DNA from: Aplysia californica
Taxonomy: Eukaryota
NCBI RefSeq assembly: GCF_000002075.1
Contig: NW_004797408.1
Coordinates: 838,341 to 902,340, forward strand
Length of the DNA: 64,000 nt
Direction of reading: 5' to 3'
Position numbers and translations under genes: made by a program. Every line of letters begins with the position of its first letter. The first letter of the stretch is position 1. Under the pieces are notes generated by a model that did not search any database, was not told the origin of the DNA, and saw only the letters and a list, made by a program, of their open reading frames with translations. This document shows, one piece after another, positions 60,101 through 64,000 of this stretch.

Positions 60101-62926
60101 TATCTAGAATACTCCTATTATAATACGAAAAATCATGATGCTGTGGTAAGTCTTTGAAACAAGAGGAAAAAATATAGAGTAGCAACGGAGTTGTGTAGGG
60201 GGGGGGGGGAAACAATTTAGACTTGCTAGAGTGTTCCCGCGTTCATCAACATCCAACAGCACCCTTTCCTGAGGCACGAGATTCTTGGCTGGTCGCTGTG
60301 GTCGCTTACAGCACGTACACAGAGCTAAATTATTTTCAGGCTTGCTGAACACGTATTTTAACAGTGCATCGACCTGCAGTTGTAAGGCTGTCAATGCATT
60401 TTATGAAGATGTGTATGCTTGTACTACACACAAAGCAGTGTGTTGTGCATGTAGCATCAGTGCTAAGTAAAGCATGAAGCCGCTCAGCCTCTCTGAGGAG
60501 ATGGGTGGGGGTAGGCCCGCACTGCCGGCATGGCGTCTGGTAAGGCGGAGTTTCACGTCTCAGACCTCTGCAGCAAGAACAGGGTAATATTATATTGTCT
60601 CAAGGCCCACACCAGCCACCTGACACAGCCTCTGGACCAGGCGTTCTTCGGGGCTTTGAAGCCAGCGTGAAGAGGAGGTAAGGAAGTTCGTTACTGACAC
60701 CACGGACCCGTCACATTGAAGACGTTTGCCGGCGTCCTGAAGAACGCCTGGGCTACAGCAGCTCAGCTGGAAACAGCCATCAGGGAATTCATCAAGTCAG
60801 GGCTGTTTCCCTACAACCCTGATGTTGTCCACACAAGTGACAAGCTGAACCCAGCTGCATCTTCACAGGGTCCACTGTCCCTACCCTTCACTTGTCACCC
60901 TTCATGTGCAAAGAACAAGGCCGTTAGAAGGCCTCAGCCACCTGTGCCACCATCTATCAGTGGAAAAGACTAGAAAGAGAGGATGCTCACAAAGAAGAGG
61001 AAGGCGGAAGAAGAACAACAATAGAAGGAAGAGAGAAAGAAGCAAAGGGAACTGAGAAAGATGGAACGGCTAGTACAAGCTGAAGACAAGAAGGAAAGCC
61101 AAAAAGAGAAGAAAAAAGAAGAAGAGGAGTATTCAGGAGAAGAAGATGAATGCTTTGGTTGTGGCCTCAAAGAAAAAGAAAGAGGATGAAGATTCCTCTG
61201 ACTCTGGAGAAGAGCCGGTGTATGACGACAGCTCCAACAATTATGGGGACATTACAGTCGACTTTGCTGGGTGTCGAGCCACCATCGTAGGACAAGTAGT
61301 GCTCACCCAGTGCATGCTTTGTGACAAATGGTGGCACACCAACAATGTCAAACAGATGGACCTGAAGGACAAGACTCAGGAAGACCTGGATGCCATGGAC
61401 ATTGAGCTCTTTTGCTGCGTTGACTAATCTCCCCATCCCAATTTGTTTCATACAATTAGAGTGAACAATATCTTTGTTCATCCACGTGCACTTAGATCCA
61501 CATGTAGATCTACTTTGCTGTTCTTATATAATTTAATTAATGATTATCAGAGTTATTTAGACTCATTAACAGATTACTGTTTACAGTGCAAGTGTTGGCT
61601 TCAGCTATTTTTTGTTTTCTTTCTCTTTCGGTTACACAGAAAAATTGAGTGTCACTTGTAACTAACTCTTGTGTAATTTGTAAGAATATTTCCTCCTTTC
61701 TGATTAGAAAATCATACGTTAGCCTATAAGATTCATAATAATAAGCTATTAGGGCGCAAGACTCGCTCTATCCTAGCGTGCAGCCCGTCCATAAAACGCG
61801 TCACCCTCAAGCAGGGATGCGCATCCCAGCTGATTGTCGCACACACCCGTCCTCACTTTGCCACTACTGAGGGAGAAGGGCTAACAAAGCAGGCATAGCA
61901 CGCTGGGCTGACAATAGCAGACGAAATTTGCTTCTCAGTCAATGAGGGGTTACCTCCCCTCTCATCGGGGACTGGAAAGGTGACTCTATATGCTTCTAGG
62001 GTAGCGCGGACTGCCACCTCTACTCTAACTAGTAAAAATTTAGAAGCAAACCTCGCTGGTCCCAAGGATGCAGAATATGTGTCTTCTGATGTCAGTGTTC
62101 ATTCCCTGCTGCTTTGCCAACTTCAACATTTGCTTGCTGATAGTTCCAGAAAAACCTGTCTCCGTCTTGAACTTGGCTTCTGAAATAGATAAAATTTAAG
62201 GGTTTTACAATGGGAAAACATAAAAAAAGCCGAGTTTCATCGCCATATAAATAAACCAAAAGGTAAATCAAAACAAGTCACCTTACAAGGAACAAAAATG
62301 AAACAAACTTAAAAGATATCTTCTAAGATTATTTTGTTTTATTCTCATTTGTAGCATAGAAAAATTTTTAATATGTAAACTCACATGTATGGGTCACGTA
62401 ATAATAATAATAGACTGCATTTATATAGCGCTCTATCCCATACTAGTATAAGCTCTGAGCGCTTTATATCAAGCACATGATTACTGAGCGATTCCCACAA
62501 GACAAAATATTTCCCATAACAAGAAAAACCAGTTCAACCACATGAAGAAGAACTTTCACAACCATACCTTAATGAAATTCACGTAAGGACAGCAGTAAAA
62601 ATAAAATATATCAGTACTTACTAAAACACTACAACAAAGAATTAAACAAATGAGTCTTGAGCAATTGCTTATTAAACATATTACGATTTGTTATTTCTCT
62701 GAGATCCTGCAATTATCTTAACACTAATATATTTTATATGGCACAAACATAAAGACCTTGCAGGAAATAATAACAGACTGAAAGAATGTAACATCACCTT
62801 TAACAACATCCTCCTCTGCCTTCCTTCCCTCCCATGCAGAGCCAACAATCCACCAGCGCCCAACTTGGTCTGCTTTCAAGAGGTCTTCCAAACTAATGCT
62901 GAGTTGGTCCTCTCCCAATCCTTGAC
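56823..62926 (-). CDS. NOM1: Nucleolar MIF4G domain-containing protein 1 (NOM1/Sgd1), 3' part with MA3 domain; the 5' exons lie beyond the window
   Basis: Exons 62798-62926, 62052-62179, 59584-59748, 57901-58032 and 56823-57110 join in phase. Peptides GRWWIVGSAW, LAKQQGMNTDIRRHIFCILGTSEDFEDAF, QEREIIHVLLHCCLNEKEYNPFY and FSVWDKF are characteristic of NOM1/Sgd1. Confidence 0.93.
57901..58032 (-). CDS. NOM1: NOM1 exon (MTVQFSVWDKFKEID...LSIFK)
   Basis: ORF 57841..58032; tttcag acceptor, gttcct donor. Confidence 0.92.
59584..59748 (-). CDS. NOM1: NOM1 exon (DFEDAFARLLRLGL...FDRRFT)
   Basis: ORF 59542..59826; ttcag acceptor, gtaaga donor. Confidence 0.93.
60560..61427 (+). pseudogene. Degenerate pogo/Tigger-family DDE transposase with C-terminal PHD-like finger, inside a NOM1 intron
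   Basis: ILYCLKAHTSHLTQPLDQAFFGALKPA* (DDE_1 third-Asp motif), SGLFPYNPD, Lys/acidic stretch, QCMLCDKWWH; stops and frameshifts. Confidence 0.8.
62052..62179 (-). CDS. NOM1: NOM1 exon (AKFKTETGFSGTISKQMLKLAKQQGMNTDIRRHIFCILGTSE)
   Basis: Hand translation; tttcag acceptor, gtttgc donor. Confidence 0.9.
62798..62926 (-). CDS. NOM1: NOM1 exon (QGLGEDQLSISLEDLLKADQVGRWWIVGSAWEG...)
   Basis: ORF 62724..62918; ctcag acceptor, gtgatg donor. Confidence 0.9.
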
Positions 62927-64000
62927 CTGAGCAGCAACAAGAATATACTTAATGTGGATCCGTCAAAGTATCAAGATGTTAGTATAAATCCTTGTCTTGT
63001 AGATTTCAGGCAACATGGATAGATCTACAGAGATGTAGGGTGTCGCAAGCAAACACAATACTCTTGTGTAATGAATGTAGAAGAGTACAATTAAAATAAA
63101 ACATAACTGTGAATATTTATCATTTGACATAGTTGACTTATTCTTTACTACTGTTTTCATAAGTAGTAAAGTAAAAGATTTTCCTTTTCTTTATTGCAGT
63201 TCTATGAAATTAATGTTCTGGATCTTTTCCCCTACTTTGAATGATAAATCCACACAAACTTACAAGAAAAAGGTGCAAATCTCAAGACAAGTGAACGAAG
63301 AAAAGCTTACAAATAAACAACTTGAGAGTGCATCCACTTCATTAAAAAATTTTTTAAATGTAGATGTTTTTTCAGCCTCCCCATTTACACAGTTTAGATC
63401 ATTCAGGAGGCGGGCTTCCTACCGTGGCTGTCAGGGACACCCCGGGCTAAGAAGGATCCAGCAAAAAGACCAAGATACTCAAAAAAAGTTTCTCCCCACT
63501 CAGGTATTCTGCATGCGACAGTAAAATACATAACCGCTACACAAAAGAAGCCAGCATTCACCTCTTTCCCCATTAGTTACAAAAACTTTCAAAGTGTAAA
63601 CTGTCTACAGAACTTTTTATCACATGTGACAAACTGATTGCTTCACTGCTAGATTGGAAACAAAAAATTTAAATTATCATGAACTGACAATCTGAATCAG
63701 AACCCATTAAAACCTAAATGAGTGAGTTTCTGAAATGGAACTATTAATCATTATACTATAACTTTGAACAGTTAATTTAAAAAGCTTGAAGACGTGGTCC
63801 CTTGTCAGAAAACCACACTTATTCTAGACAGAATAAGAAAAATCTAAACCCTGCTGAACTCAAAACACCAAATTTCTCCACGTTGAAGAAATTTGTAGAG
63901 CAGCGTCACAAATGCTGGTTAACAAAAATTATTTGACTAGTTATAAATACACAGCAGCAAAATTATATGTCTGTTTTTATAGAAAATGGAAATCTTTCTA

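Overview
Eukaryotic, AT-rich, microsatellite-rich draft-assembly DNA with six N gaps. The repeat families suggest a lophotrochozoan invertebrate such as a mollusc (inference). Two protein-coding genes lie on the minus strand. (1) A complete alpha-catenin gene: I reconstructed 20 coding exons with GT-AG, phase-consistent junctions, spanning 19962-45383 and giving a 2709-nt CDS (902 aa). It includes an 18-nt microexon missed by the ORF track, a probable non-coding first exon and ETS promoter near 49.5-49.7 kb, and a near-identical 2.4-kb duplication of two exons around a 100-N gap that is most likely an uncollapsed haplotype. (2) The last five exons of NOM1 (nucleolar MIF4G/MA3 protein), 56823-62926, continuing beyond the window. 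The rest is transposon debris: RTE and RNase-H-bearing (I/Nimb/Ingi-group) LINE 3' ends, Deu/Nin-type and Meta-type SINEs, Tc1/mariner-, piggyBac- and Harbinger-like MITEs, and a dead pogo DDE+PHD transposase inside a NOM1 intron. The most unusual item is a ~420-bp TSD-flanked retroposon with a fixed 5' end and no tRNA head. It shares a 3' stem-loop tail with a LINE and with a tRNA/Deu SINE in the same window. There are no prokaryotic systems and no CRISPR.
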